A DNA stretch of 59,838 nucleotides, filler included, from Circinaria calcarea (taxonomy: Eukaryota), in the NCBI GenBank assembly GCA_051942165.1. It is 8 parts of 8 records of this genome, joined end to end, with 100 filler letters (N's around TTAATTAATTAA, not from the genome) between each part and the next. Parts side by side here need not be neighbours in the genome. Positions count along the whole stretch, not along the records: positions 1 to 7,401 come from JAVECS010001339.1; positions 7,502 to 14,902 come from JAVECS010001340.1; 6 more parts are not named here. The stretch is one strand, 5' to 3'. Below the pieces are notes generated by a model, which was given only the letters and a program-made list of their open reading frames with translations, ran no database searches and was not told the origin of the DNA. This document shows positions 1-11,569 of this stretch, in pieces. Position numbers and translations under genes: made by a program. The number at the start of each line of letters is the position of its first letter. The first letter of the stretch is position 1.

Positions 1-223
1 TCACATGGGCGTCATGAGCCGATATGGCCTCGATGATTTATTAGATGCCTGTACGCGGCTCGAGTACGCTCAGCCGACCGAGCAAATCGTCGGCTACATC
101 AGCCCAGACATCGCGGAAAAGTGGCCAGAAGAGTGGGAGAAACAGATTGACATGCCTAGGAGACAACAGCAGGATGCAAGTGCAAGATATTTGGAGATCA
201 ACTCTCTACTCAATGCCGATTGA
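1..223 (+). CDS. 3' end of an unidentified protein, truncated at the window/contig start
   Basis: Open frame ending TGA at 223 with protein-like composition (YGLDDLLDACTRLEYAQP...WPEEWEKQ). No family recognised. Confidence 0.35.
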   Translation, partial: HMGVMSRYGLDDLLDACTRLEYAQPTEQIVGYISPDIAEKWPEEWEKQIDMPRRQQQDASARYLEINSLLNAD

Positions 224-992
224 GGCAGTCATACCCAGACGAGGCAACAGCAATCCGGGCAAGATCAAAATTCCATAGCGGTTGGACGACGCAACAGAGG
301 AGTCACGGAGATACACAAAGGACCGGATAATGAAAACCACGAAAACGATATTGACGATGCACATATACCCCGGGGAGTTTAGATCTCATGCATCGACATG
401 TTGGTTTGGCAGGTTTTGGCCTAGGTCTAGACGTACTTGGCAAGATTCCCATCGCATACCAACTGTACAACAATGTATCCAAGGTTCCGTGCATATAGAT
501 TTCTTTGCAATCTTCCACCACCCGGTTTGGCGCCCTGTGCCCTGGTTTGCTCATCTGTCCATTGAGCTATGCGGACATTCGTCTTTGCGGATTCGATATC
601 CTTCTGAACTTATGAGACCAAGGAGTCTAGATGTGTCTATCATGTGTGGGAGGCGAATGTGTACTAGGTAGAGATAGAGTAACGGGTAGCGAAGAAAAGA
701 AAGCAGTTGCATTGGATGGGGATTTGTCTCGAGCGGACATGGTTCCGCGGAAGGTTTTTCATAGGGAAGACGCAGGTAGCTTTCTCCTGTGCTGCTGTTT
801 CATTTCATACTGCTTCTCTAAAAGAGAGAGAGTCAAATATGCATGCTCCCACAGTCCAGTCGAGCACACCCACTTTGACCTATCCTTTCAACATCGACCC
901 TGCATTATCCATTCCCTTGATTACTAATTCAACCCTATATCCCTGCTCCATCCTCCCAGCCAGAGTCTCTCTGATCCCACTAACAACCCCAC

Positions 993-1050
993 TTTTTTTC
1001 TTTTTCTTTTTCTTTTTCTTTTTCTTTTTCTTTTTCTTTTTCTTTTTCTT
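993..1050. repeat. (TTTTTC)n microsatellite, about 9 units
   Basis: Directly visible hexamer repeat. Confidence 0.9.
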
Positions 1051-1150
1051 ATAACCCAAATTGTACCTCTAGAACGAATCTTATCCCCCACAATTATTTT
1101 GACGGTGAAATCTCTTGATCAGGGGAATGCAAGCATACAAGCAAACCGTA

Positions 1151-1170
1151 CTGCTGCTGCTGCTGCTGCT
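1151..1170. repeat. (CTG)6 microsatellite
   Basis: Directly visible. Confidence 0.8.
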
Positions 1171-1805
1171 ACTTACTACTTACCACTTGCTCGCTGACTT
1201 GGTATAATCATTGCATTTCATTCCCCCACCCAAACCTAAACCTGAATAGAATTTCAAACCATATATAGTGGAGACAGAAACGATTAGAATGGAATGGGAC
1301 AGGTCGGGGCATTAATTTTGGCGCATGCGTAGAGGGGGCTTGGAGCATTTTGGATTTAAATACATACGCTTTTAGCAACATACAAATTTATAAATGGCAA
1401 TCTGAGCAGAACAGCAGCAGTATTGAATTTTGGCAGTCATGTGGTTTGTATCTGCGCATTATACTGTCGCAGTCAGTTTATGCCATAAACCCGCTGATCC
1501 TTCACCATTTAGGATCTCGATACCCATTCTCGACAGCGTTCTTTGCCTATACCGTAGGAGCATAGCGGAGTACCCTATTTCCTTTTATAATCACCAGCGC
1601 CTAAAAATCTTGTGTGTGCTGAGTATCAGCTAAATCTGGCATCTTCTGCAGAGTGAGACCCAGGCCCTGCTTAATGTTTCAACGCTCAGCGGCGCCTAGA
1701 TAAATGTGCAAACCCCAGTTCCTTGCAAGCATAGCATCCTTTATTTCCCGTCTGCAGTTATCCTCTACGGCAACTACCTAGTAATTGGCCTCCTTCTCCG
1801 TTATA

Positions 1806-3261
1806 ATGGCTACGAAATGATCTTCATCGCCGCCAAGGTAACCACCCACATCCGGCTTCGAGCTTGTGGGAGACACGCAATTACTAGAATAAGAATCAAT
1901 CTCGTGGTATACACCAGAGAGCTTCTATCCAGTCCGCATTGGCGAAATGTTCAATTCAAAGTATCAAGTGCTCGGAAAGCTCGGGTACGGGTCTGTTTCG
2001 ACGGTGTGGCTTTGCCGGGATCTGGAGTATGTCTCTCAGTACTTTTTCTTCGAAATCACCAGTTGCTTAATCAATTTCAATTAGAGAACACAGATATGTC
2101 ACGCTGAAGGTTTACGTCAACGGATATCGCCAGTCTCAGAATGAGTTAAAGGTACTCAACCACCTGAAAACAATCAAGACGAGCCATCCTGGCTTGACGC
2201 TTGTCCGAATCGTGGGTGACGCCTTCGAAGTGCCCGGGAAAAGGGGTCCTCATCAATGTCTCATTTACGACCCTCTAGGCGTGACCTTCTCCAAGCTCCG
2301 GCTGCTATACGATGGGAAACTACCCGCAGACATGCTCAAGTCTGTAATAAACTATCTACTCCTCGCGCTTGACTTTCTCCACACCGAGGCGGGGGTGGTA
2401 CATACTGGTAAGTTGTCACCACCTTACCGCATCTCTGCCCCAAATAGCATATACTTAGTGCTATTATAGACATCCAAGAGGGTAACCTCATGATGACCGT
2501 CCCGGACGACTCCATCCTCAAAGAATTCGAACAAAACGAGTGGGCCGAGCCGAGCCCCCGCAAAATTGACGGCGACCACGTTATTTACGCGTCCAGGCCG
2601 CTCAGTTTACCCGAGGAGCCTGGCAACCCCATCCTCTGCGACTACGGCGACGCGCGGTTTGGCAAGTCGTCTTACTCGATAGAGGTGATGCCTGATCTCT
2701 ACCGCGCGCCCGAAATCGTTCTTGGCATACCTTGGAACGAGAAGATTGACATATGGGCTGTCGGGCTGATGGTAAGTTTCGGCGTGGCGGTCGGGACCGC
2801 TGCCGGTCAGCTCATTTAGTATTTTACTAATGTCCGCCAGATTTGGGACCTGTTCGAAGGGAAGCACATGTTCACCGATCGACTCCCGAACAGAGACGCG
2901 TCAAGCGCGGCACACCTGGCGAGGATGATTGCTTTACTTGGTCCGCCGCCGACGGACCTGCTGCAACGCGGTGCAGTCTCGGGGGAGTTTTTCTGCGAAA
3001 ATGGTGAGTGGACTTCTCGGTTCTGAGCCATGATGGAGGAAGATGGATTACTTCCGGCGCAGCAATTGCTGACTGCATCAAGGCGAATTTAAGGCAGGCA
3101 TCGAAATACGCGCGACTTCTTTAGAAGCAGAAGAGGAGAATCTCGAAGGGGAGGAAAAGGCATTATTCCTTCAATTTCTGCGGAAGATGTTGCAATGGCG
3201 GCCCGAGGACAGGCAATCGGCGAAGGAGCTTATGGAAAATCCATGGTTGCAGATGGAATGA
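1806..3261 (+). pseudogene. SRPK-like (CMGC) fungal Ser/Thr kinase, 5 exons, with premature stops in exon 1 (probable pseudogene, or N-terminally truncated)
   Basis: Spliced frame gives [65 protein letters not shown] and FLRKMLQWRPEDR. GT-AG introns at about 2027-2083, 2409-2469, 2772-2840 and 3005-3082. In-frame stops at 1818 (TGA), 1839 (TAA) and 1890 (TAA). Confidence 0.8.
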
Positions 3262-4114
3262 AATTCTTTGCGATCCTTTCTGACCGTCCGAGTACACGCT
3301 GGTCCCGAGATAGCTCGCAGCGCCGGAATGTTTGGATTGAGACAAATATGCCAAATACCATGTATATTTACATTCTTACAATTAACATTTATGGCTATCT
3401 TTAACCTCGTCACAGCGGTTATCTCTGGTAATTTGTTAGATGTATTGCGAATTTGGATTTTCAGGCTAAACCAAATCATATTCGTCTTGTCGGTCTATGA
3501 ACAAACTCTGTTCTTACTACTAATCCGTGTTTCGCCCAGGAGTGAATTGGATGATTTCATATCTGTTATAATGCCCTATGCTAGAAAACAGTTTGATCTT
3601 TAAAAAAAAATCGAGAGGGAAAACAAGGGAGAACGGAGAGTGTGTGAAACAGAGGAGGGACTTAGTGGACTAGGGGTTTGCTTCGAAAGGCAAAGAGGTC
3701 GAGATTTGTAGCAATGCACTGAAAATAAAAGAAACATACAGATTATAGCTTGCGATTTCGGTAAAATGAATCGGATGCTAGCAAGCGAGATTTGGCGTCC
3801 ATAGGACACTGCATTGTTTGCTTTGAGCAGAAGTGAATAAACGTATCAATAATAATCGAAATACTACAAGCTTCCTAGCACCTGTTATATACTATCAAAG
3901 GCTCTGTTCTTCACTGTAGTAAGTATCTAGCGATATGGCGTCTTAATAAGCAAATACCAGTATTTAACCCATACCGCCACCGAACATCCCATTATATGCG
4001 AGCGTAAAGGCTCTATAAAGGCATTAGTCCTATAATCAAGCATCATCTAGCTTTAAGAATGTCCGCCCACCCATCTCTAGTCGTTGATCTCGCTAGAGGA
4101 TATATTCCAAATCT

Positions 4115-6052
4115 TTAAACCAAAGCAAAAGTTCTTAGGTTTACACCCCGCCCTTTCAACGCTTCTGCGCTCATCCTGGGATCGGACCACGTCCTCTCCC
4201 CCGTATCCACATTCACCCAGAAGTCATAGTAAAGCTCTTGGTCGTGAGACATAGTTCGCCATCCACTTGGTGGCGGGCCTAGTCTTGGATCATTTTTCGT
4301 GATCTCCTCCGTCCGAAGATGATTAAAGGCTAGGCGCGCGCCCCCTTTACCATCGAGACGCCATATCGATTGCCAGGGATTGGGCAGGCGACCAAGGAAA
4401 CCTTCGGTGCGCATTAACCCTTGTACATAGCTCTCCCCGACAACATGGTATTGACCGTTTCCAATAGACCGCAATAGTATGGGCGCATCACATCTAAGAA
4501 GTACACAGACTTGGTCCCCTGATTCAGCCCCTTCAGGAGCTAGTCCAATATATCCTTCTTCGGTGGTAAAAAGCCTTCTACCAGAAATGTACTCTGTATT
4601 TTGCCTGAATAAATATGGATTGTTGGAAGGCTTGGACAATAATGCATATCTCAAAGCCTCTTTGATCTTCTCGAAGCTCGCATAATCAGTTTCATGTAAA
4701 TTTGTCTCAGTAAACTCGTCCCAGCGCAGTGTACGACAATACACGTCAAGCAGGGATCCACCTCCAATGTAAGCTACCTCCTCAATATGGCGCTGCGGTA
4801 TAAGTCTCTGAATTGACTTGAGTAGTTCCTCGATTGAAAAATCTTCTAACATGAGAGTCTCCACCAGTGTGACCGTTGCCATGTGTTTCCCCGTCACTTC
4901 CAGAATTCTCTCATCAATTAGCTGCGATTCAGATCCAGGATATCCATTAGCTCTGCATGTTGTAATTGGACTGGCTAGCCCTGCAACAGCAAAGTTTGGC
5001 ACCCACGTTGGCTGATCGGGCCGCCTAGCGCGTATGTTACAAAGGCTTAAGATATTCAAGTCCTTTGAGTAATTGATGTCATCCAGGGTCGCCTCCTGAT
5101 AGACTTGATTGATGCTCTTTGCGTAGTCGATTTGGGTGTCGGTGACTTTGCTGCGCGTAATGCCTGACAGTGCATAGATTCTATCTTTTGGATCTGAACA
5201 TTTAGAATGCTTTGTACGGGATGAGAGGATACTTAGGGAACCTGGACGCCCGAATACCTGATGCTCAACGAGGTTTGAGGCCATAATGATTCCCCTCTCG
5301 AGTCTGGAAAAATCTAGTGCGTCCCCGTGGTACCGCAAAGGCTTACGTTCAATGCAAAACAATGCACTACGGAAATGGTCCCACCTTTGGACTTCCTGGC
5401 CGCACAAGATGATAGCATTGGATTTGGCGAAGTGAATCTCCTGCCATATCCAGAGTCTGCTAAACCACGAGCGGTTTAGCAGATCACTGATCGCTTGCAG
5501 GGTTTCTGCGTCATACGGCAAAGGATAAGACAGATCAGCCCAGCTCGGGTCTCTATTTGGGGCAGCTTTCATAGCTAGATGGCTCCAATCGACCTCTACC
5601 TCAAGGTTCAGATCGTGCAGTGTAGTCAAGGCAAGTTTGCTATTATCCGTCCCCGGACCTAACCAGACCACAATTCGATCAGCCATTGCGTAGATATCTC
5701 TCATCCGTCCGACTTGCTCGCTGCGCTCTTTTGTATTCTTCTGGTCGATGCATATCGCATCTATCCAGAGGACTCGTGACTCATGATCGTGCCGAAGATG
5801 AACCAAAGCCGAGGCTAGTTTTTGCGTCACGGCGAGGATATCGTTCCTTGACGGCTCGACTTTGACCTGGAGTGAATCTTCCGATGAGCCCCAAGTGTAT
5901 GAAAGTGCTTCATACCGAGGCCTGTTTTCCTCCGTCAAAGCGACCGTGTTGATATGGATACGTATTTCCACTGAAGCCGCAACGGGAAAAAGAGTCAATA
6001 GCCTAATCTGTTTCTTCTTTCGATTTAAAGGTGTGTACAGGTAAGGAGCCAT
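4115..6052 (-). CDS. Heterokaryon incompatibility HET-domain protein (HET-6-like), intronless, 645 aa
   Basis: HET motifs IRLL, YEALSYTWG, LWIDAICIDQ, ERSEQVGRMRDIY, WFSRLWIWQE and CSDPKDRIYAL. HET-6-type C-terminus RRLFTTEEGYIGLAP...GDQVCVL...VGESYVQG. Confidence 0.92.
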   Translation of the reverse strand: MAPYLYTPLNRKKKQIRLLTLFPVAASVEIRIHINTVALTEENRPRYEALSYTWGSSEDSLQVKVEPSRNDILAVTQKLASALVHLRHDHESRVLWIDAICIDQKNTKERSEQVGRMRDIYAMADRIVVWLGPGTDNSKLALTTLHDLNLEVEVDWSHLAMKAAPNRDPSWADLSYPLPYDAETLQAISDLLNRSWFSRLWIWQEIHFAKSNAIILCGQEVQRWDHFRSALFCIERKPLRYHGDALDFSRLERGIIMASNLVEHQVFGRPGSLSILSSRTKHSKCSDPKDRIYALSGITRSKVTDTQIDYAKSINQVYQEATLDDINYSKDLNILSLCNIRARRPDQPTWVPNFAVAGLASPITTCRANGYPGSESQLIDERILEVTGKHMATVTLVETLMLEDFSIEELLKSIQRLIPQRHIEEVAYIGGGSLLDVYCRTLRWDEFTETNLHETDYASFEKIKEALRYALLSKPSNNPYLFRQNTEYISGRRLFTTEEGYIGLAPEGAESGDQVCVLLRCDAPILLRSIGNGQYHVVGESYVQGLMRTEGFLGRLPNPWQSIWRLDGKGGARLAFNHLRTEEITKNDPRLGPPPSGWRTMSHDQELYYDFWVNVDTGERTWSDPRMSAEALKGRGVNLRTFALV

Positions 6053-7018
6053 GGAAGCATGAACGCAGAATCATCGCGAAAACCGGGAGATTGGAAGACT
6101 TTGTTCCCCAAGGCAGGAACACGTCAGTCTTTAGAATCAGCTTGCCAGGCTCCAAGGCTCCACAGCCGGACTTGAAAGCCTCGCAAATGGGTTCCACAGC
6201 AGCGAGGCTGAGCCAAGAAAATCGGCAGAACCAGTCGGAGGAATTATCTATCACCAGCAACGCCATCGTCCGAACAACATCCGATTGAGAGCGTCCAACA
6301 GCAGAGCCTGTTTATTGTGTCATTCAGTGTAAGCCAACTCAAAATAGACATGATCAAGTAAAAGATTACAAAAAGCCCTCAACGTCGTACCGAAGGATGA
6401 TTCTTGGAAAGTTCCAAACTACAGATTTGGGAAGTCACCTTTTACGAGGCTGTACCTCGGGTCGACCGAGCATACCTCTTTACTTGCCCCCCTATGGTTG
6501 CAAAACCAAACTCCTTCCAAGCCATTGAATCCCCTCCCCTCCAGATTAACATACTGTCTGCTCCAGCACACATTACCGTTCCACTGGCGCTTTCTGCCAA
6601 ATCGCAACCACAGTGCCTCCATAGAATAGTCCCGATTCCCTACGCTAGAAGACCCTTGCACTATTTCAGGCCTAAAAATATCCTCCTTCATGGACTACCG
6701 GACCACACAATCCCAATCCCAGCAACAACAAGCACCAGTTCTACCAGAGTCTTAAGCCCAGAACACTTCTCCGGGCCTCTGCTTTCAGAAAAAGGGAAGG
6801 AAAGCCTGACAGGGTCTCCAAACCTACGAGGGGTCGGCGAATTTAGTAGGATGTTCGCATGGAAAAAGAGGATTGTACGCTTAGTAGAAACCTCAGGAGA
6901 GTTTAATAACAATGATATGACCTAACTCGACGGGACAGTATGTACAATGGTCCTGATGGAAAGACAAAGTGACTGCATCTCAAAACGCATACCGACTACT
7001 ATTTTCCAATCCCATCGC

Positions 7019-7401
7019 CTACGCCACCCCCAACTCCCGGTAGAATGCGTCACTACTCGGCTTCCTCCCCAGGAACTCTACCAAACTCTCCATCTCATCC
7101 CTACTGCCCCCCTTCTCCAGCACGGTATGCCGATACCTCCGCCCCTCCTTGGCGTTCATCGGATTCTTGGCAAAGACACTGTAGAACATATCTGTCGAGT
7201 AGACCTGCGAGCTCAGGTATCCATAGTACCCGGCATCATACCCGCCGATAAGATGACCGAAAGTGGCCTGACCGTGACCCCAGTTGTAGCCTTGGCCTAG
7301 AGCTTCAGGACCGTCAAGGGTGGTGATTTCATTGCGAAGGCGGTTGTACAAGGCGGTGACGTCGGTATTTTCGAGCTCAGAGTGGCTGGTAGGTTCGTGG
7401 A
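7019..7401 (-). CDS. Peptidase family M3 (thimet oligopeptidase/Prd1/MepB-like), C-terminal part
   Basis: FGHLIGGYDAGYYGYLSSQVYSTDMF...GRRYRHTVLEKGGS...FLGRKPSSDAF. Cut by the linker. Confidence 0.9.
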
Positions 7402-7501
7402 NNNNNNNNNNNNNNNNNNNNNNNNNNNNNNNNNNNNNNNNNNNNTTAATTAATTAANNNNNNNNNNNNNNNNNNNNNNNNNNNNNNNNNNNNNNNNNNN
7501 N
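7402..7501. other. Artificial contig linker
   Basis: N44-TTAATTAATTAA-N44, stops in all six frames. Confidence 0.98.
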
Positions 7502-7758
7502 TGGCGACCGATAGAAACCTTCAGACAGGACGTGTCTGCGATGATGAGTTGCTTGTCTGGACTGGAGAGAAGGTTGGACTTTTAGGTTTCAAAAGCAAGC
7601 CGGAATTTGGAGAAGACGACTGGGAAGCAAAGGCCGCAAGCGTGGAAGAGGACACGAAGGTCAGGGAAGAACGGATCTACGGTGAGACTATGAGGAGGGC
7701 GCTAGAGAGACAGGCCAATGACGTGAGGTTTGTGAGGGCACTTGGCCTCGGTAGGTGA
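7502..7758 (+). CDS. C-terminus of a conserved fungal protein (probably F-box/WD-repeat type)
   Basis: Open frame ending LLVWTGEKVGLLGF...REERIYGETMRRALERQANDVRFVRALGLGR*, resembling the C-terminus of Pezizomycotina F-box/WD proteins. Recalled similarity only. Confidence 0.55.
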
Positions 7759-7899
7759 GGTGCGGAAATGGCGTATCTTGAGGTCGTCGATTTAAGATAC
7801 TACGATGCGTTTGCAGAGCCTGGGGATTGGAAATAGACAGGGGTATCTCCGCAGCATTGTTTATTATCAGTCTTCAAATTCCAAGTACAGATGTTAGCC

Positions 7900-10800
7900 T
7901 TCAAGGTAGAGAACGTTTCCCAAATTACGACTATCCCACTCTACCAGTTTCTGGTACTTGAAATGTTTCAAAGACCTTCCTCTATGAAAATATCTTTAAA
8001 GTGCGGGACGGGCACGGCCCTCTTTTTTGCCGTTGCTCCTTTCTTGACCTGGCTGGCTTCGTCCTGTCGTCGCGGATGTTTTAGATTAGGACGGCGATAT
8101 GCGTGATTTTAGCTTTAATTATTTATTCCGATTCTCGCGCTCGGCCAAGTGTTAGTTGCTCTCGTTTTGAACTAGTCATAGAAGTGGGAATAGTTGGAAT
8201 TTAGATATTCTTTGTTAAAACTTATTCCGAGTCGAATGGTTTTACCTTGGTTAATGCCTTTAATCTTTTCGTCCTCTGCAGTGTTTTTATTTTCTGGTTA
8301 GGCTGGGTTCCAATGGGGTTGTTGTCGAGGCTCCACTATTCGTTGACTAGCGCGATTCATTAGGATGATACGATTCTTTCAATTCCCCCAAAAAGGTGCC
8401 GGAATCCCAATTAGCAGCCAAATGAAGCGGGGAGCCTGCACACTTTATTGCTCGGATCTGTAATTGATATATCTACAGGCCGCAGACACCATGCATAGTT
8501 TGGATGATCTCTCAAATAGATACCCGTCCTCAAGATTACATAACTACTCCTTATCCCCTTCCTCGACCGGACACCCACCAAGGTGAGCCCAAACATCCTC
8601 CAATAAAAGAAACCGAGCCAACGAAAAATAAACGAGCGTTAGTCGCGTTCTCTTGATCTAAAGGCGCCGGAAGGTTTTAATATATGGCCCACGGCTCGTC
8701 AATTGCACTGTTAGTTCATCGCCGACCTCCAAAGCCGCCGGCACATTAACAGAAGCGGCAAAGGAGGCGACGGAGGCGGCAGCAAGAATAACCTGATGCT
8801 GCCTCCTCTTGGGCTCTCTTTGCCATCGCCATTCGTCTTTTCTTATTCGGCCTCGTTTTGTATCTCTAGATCTTATTAGTTGGGGTTTTGGCTGAGAATT
8901 CGGGGAAAATTTACCACATCCGAACCCCCTCCTCTTTCCTCTTGGCCGTCCTCTGTGCCGTGGTTTTTCCTCGCCATCATTCGATTAGTCTGAATAAAAA
9001 AAAAAAAAATAGACCTGTTTATTCCGTTCTGTCCCGCCCAAAACCCTACTCTACCTATAATTTTCGTAAACGCGCGGTAAAAATTTGGCCGCAGAGGAGA
9101 CGGTGTGGAAACAAACTCCGCTTTTTCGACCTTCCGCTTCCCACTTCAATAATTCCTATCCAGAATCTCGGAGGATCAGGGTAACAACAACTCGCCGTTC
9201 CTTATCGAATTCCTGTTAGAACCACGCTCGTAGGCTTGGTTCGGAATTTTATTTGTTATTACGCCTGGCCATAATTTTTTCAAACGTCTGCGTATATTAG
9301 CCAGGAGAGTCACGTATTATATAGCCACCTCATGTTCTTTGCCTTCTTTGCTGCTCAGCACGGGCGCCCCAAACCACTTCAATTAGCAGCTCCGGCATAC
9401 TCTTTCCTTGCTTTTCCAACTGTAGACATTGTTTGTAATTTCAACTACGAATTCAAAAAGCTATTATCCTTGTTTTTTTTATCATTTTATCAACTGTTTT
9501 CCATACTATGTCTCTGACTTCGGGGTCTTTAAAGCTTTCCCTAATGAGCTTTCACTCGTTAGGGAGCAACGAGTTCGTTGCAAACAATGCTTCGGCTTTC
9601 CTGGTGATTCGGAGACCGAGCATTATATCGTCGCTGTTGCGTTCTTTTCTAGTCAAGATATCTTTTTATAGAATTCTGACGACGGCGTTTGCCCTGCTGT
9701 AACGGGTTGCTGCCACACTGATTTTGGAGCCAGGGACTCGTAGAAGGCGAAATCTTCGGAATCCCCGTCTCGAACACTGCACCAGCTAGAACTGCTTAGA
9801 TCTTTCGTCACGTTTCGTAACATGGCTAGAATCTGCAGGATTCTAGCCTTTGAGGAGTTCGTTGCGAATACCAAGGCATTCGTCCATTTTTTGTTCCAAG
9901 GTGCTGTTTTGCCGTCGAGTCATGGCCAGAGTTTGTCTGATTGGTTGCTAAAAGGTAGCATTTCGAAAAAGCAGCTGCAGCTTTTCGAAATTCTTCAAAA
10001 AGTAAGGCATCCACCTCCTCTTAATCCGCTATATTAAGGGGGGAGATTAAGCTTTGTTCTCCAACACTGCGTTAATTTCCGAAACGCAAAATGGTCTGGC
10101 GATTGATACAGTTTATAAAAAGGCTGGAGCAAGCGGACCATTTGTAACATCGGGGGACTTGGTCTGCTTATCTCGTACCAAAATCCCCTCAGTCTTATCA
10201 ATCCCGTGGTTGACACGCTTTTGCGATAAACGATATAGGAGAAAACATGGTTCGCTCCTTTGCACCCTCATAGCTAGTATGACTTGTATCGGTTTCCCTA
10301 GACCCCAGCCCTTCGCCATATAGTATTCCCTGATGACGGTCTTCACAAGTCCAGCTCCGCTCCTGCGGCGTCTTATAGCTGGTGGTATAAGGGTAGTCAC
10401 CCATGTGCCATGGGATATCCCGTCGGTTTGAATTTGGTGGATGGTATGGCTATTCCCCCTATAAGTAACAAGTTTTTGCCAAAGTCTTGACATTGATGAT
10501 CTCCGAGGGAGGCTTCGATGTTTTCGGGGACATGTTGGCTTGGCGCTTTTGGATTGGCGCTTTGTAGGCAATCAACCATCACTATTGATGCCAGGCATGG
10601 CCTTGCTAGAAATGCTCTCCCTTCAAAAGTAAGAGGATCCATAGACTCGATTTCAACACAACTCGAGGCTACCCTTTAAGATGGATTATCTTAATAAGCA
10701 TCTTTCATGGCCACCTCTCGTAACAGTCTTAAATAGCCATATCTCATAGCCCTCTTTCAGCGCAGAAAGAGTGGCCGGTATATAATCATCAGCTTGCCGG

Positions 10801-11569
10801 AAAAAGGCTCTATGTGCTATCATTTAGTCAATTCTTAAGAATCTTTGAATTCTCACTTCTCGGCGATGTAGCAAGCAAGCGTATCGTGTGGTTTTGCACT
10901 TGCGAGACTGTTGGTACTCCAAGCAATTCCTATGCAACTCCCTTCCCCCCACTAACCCACACTCTGTGTGAGATAGCGCACTTTTGTTGTTGTACCGCAT
11001 CGTGGCTTGGGTCTCCCATCCCAGTTATTAATCGTTCTTGGCCGTGTCGGTATTTGCAATGCGGGTGGTACTTGTAAACAGCTTGAGCGTAGGCCAAACA
11101 CGGACCTAGTACGTGGGCGTGGGCACAACTTTTGACAGTGCATTTACCAGATTTCTGGTAATTTTAGTTGCATGGCAGAAACTATAAATAAAGCGATATA
11201 GATAATATACTTTATATAGACACCTCTCTCTTCTTCGTGCAAGTAGCACTCCGGCACGGCTTTTTAAAATCAGGGTGGAAGGACATATTTTCGACAAAGG
11301 AGTAATGTCCTTGATTGCCATGATTAGTCTGCCAGACAAATCTATCATTATTAACCCGGAAATCCGTGGGAATGAAGGATAATTTGCTGATACACACCAG
11401 AGACGGGCTTTTGGGACCCGGGCTGCACACCAGAGACGGGCTTTTGGGCCCCGGGTTCAAGTCTTTCTCCTGCATTGTGTTGGGTTGTGGGGTTGCTCGA
11501 GGAAGGTGAGGAGGTGGACGGCCCAGACCTTGATTCAAGTCTCGGCGACTGTGCCATATAGGCAGACAT
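7900..11569 (-). pseudogene. Large decayed multi-exon gene or mobile-element relic, product unknown
   Basis: ATG at 11569 (MSAYMAQSPRLES...), intron-like GT..AG segments, and protein-like patches (RAFFRQADDYIPATLSALKEGYEIWLF; LIRESFKDPEVRDIVWKTVDKMIKK) broken by many stops. Boundaries are approximate. Confidence 0.35.
11393..11455. repeat. 33-bp tandem duplication (2 copies)
   Basis: CACACCAGAGACGGGCTTTTGGG(A/C)CCCGGG twice. Encodes PG(A/S)QKPVSGV twice on the minus strand. Confidence 0.85.

Noticed and set aside
427..741. Possible small minus-strand gene (IQKDIESAKTNVRIAQW...RNLGYIVVQLVCDGNLAK)
   Set aside because: Protein-like, but short, with weak splice signals and no recognised family.
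6404..6925. 173-aa ORF between the HET and M3 peptidase genes
   Set aside because: TTG start and no motifs. Likely spurious.
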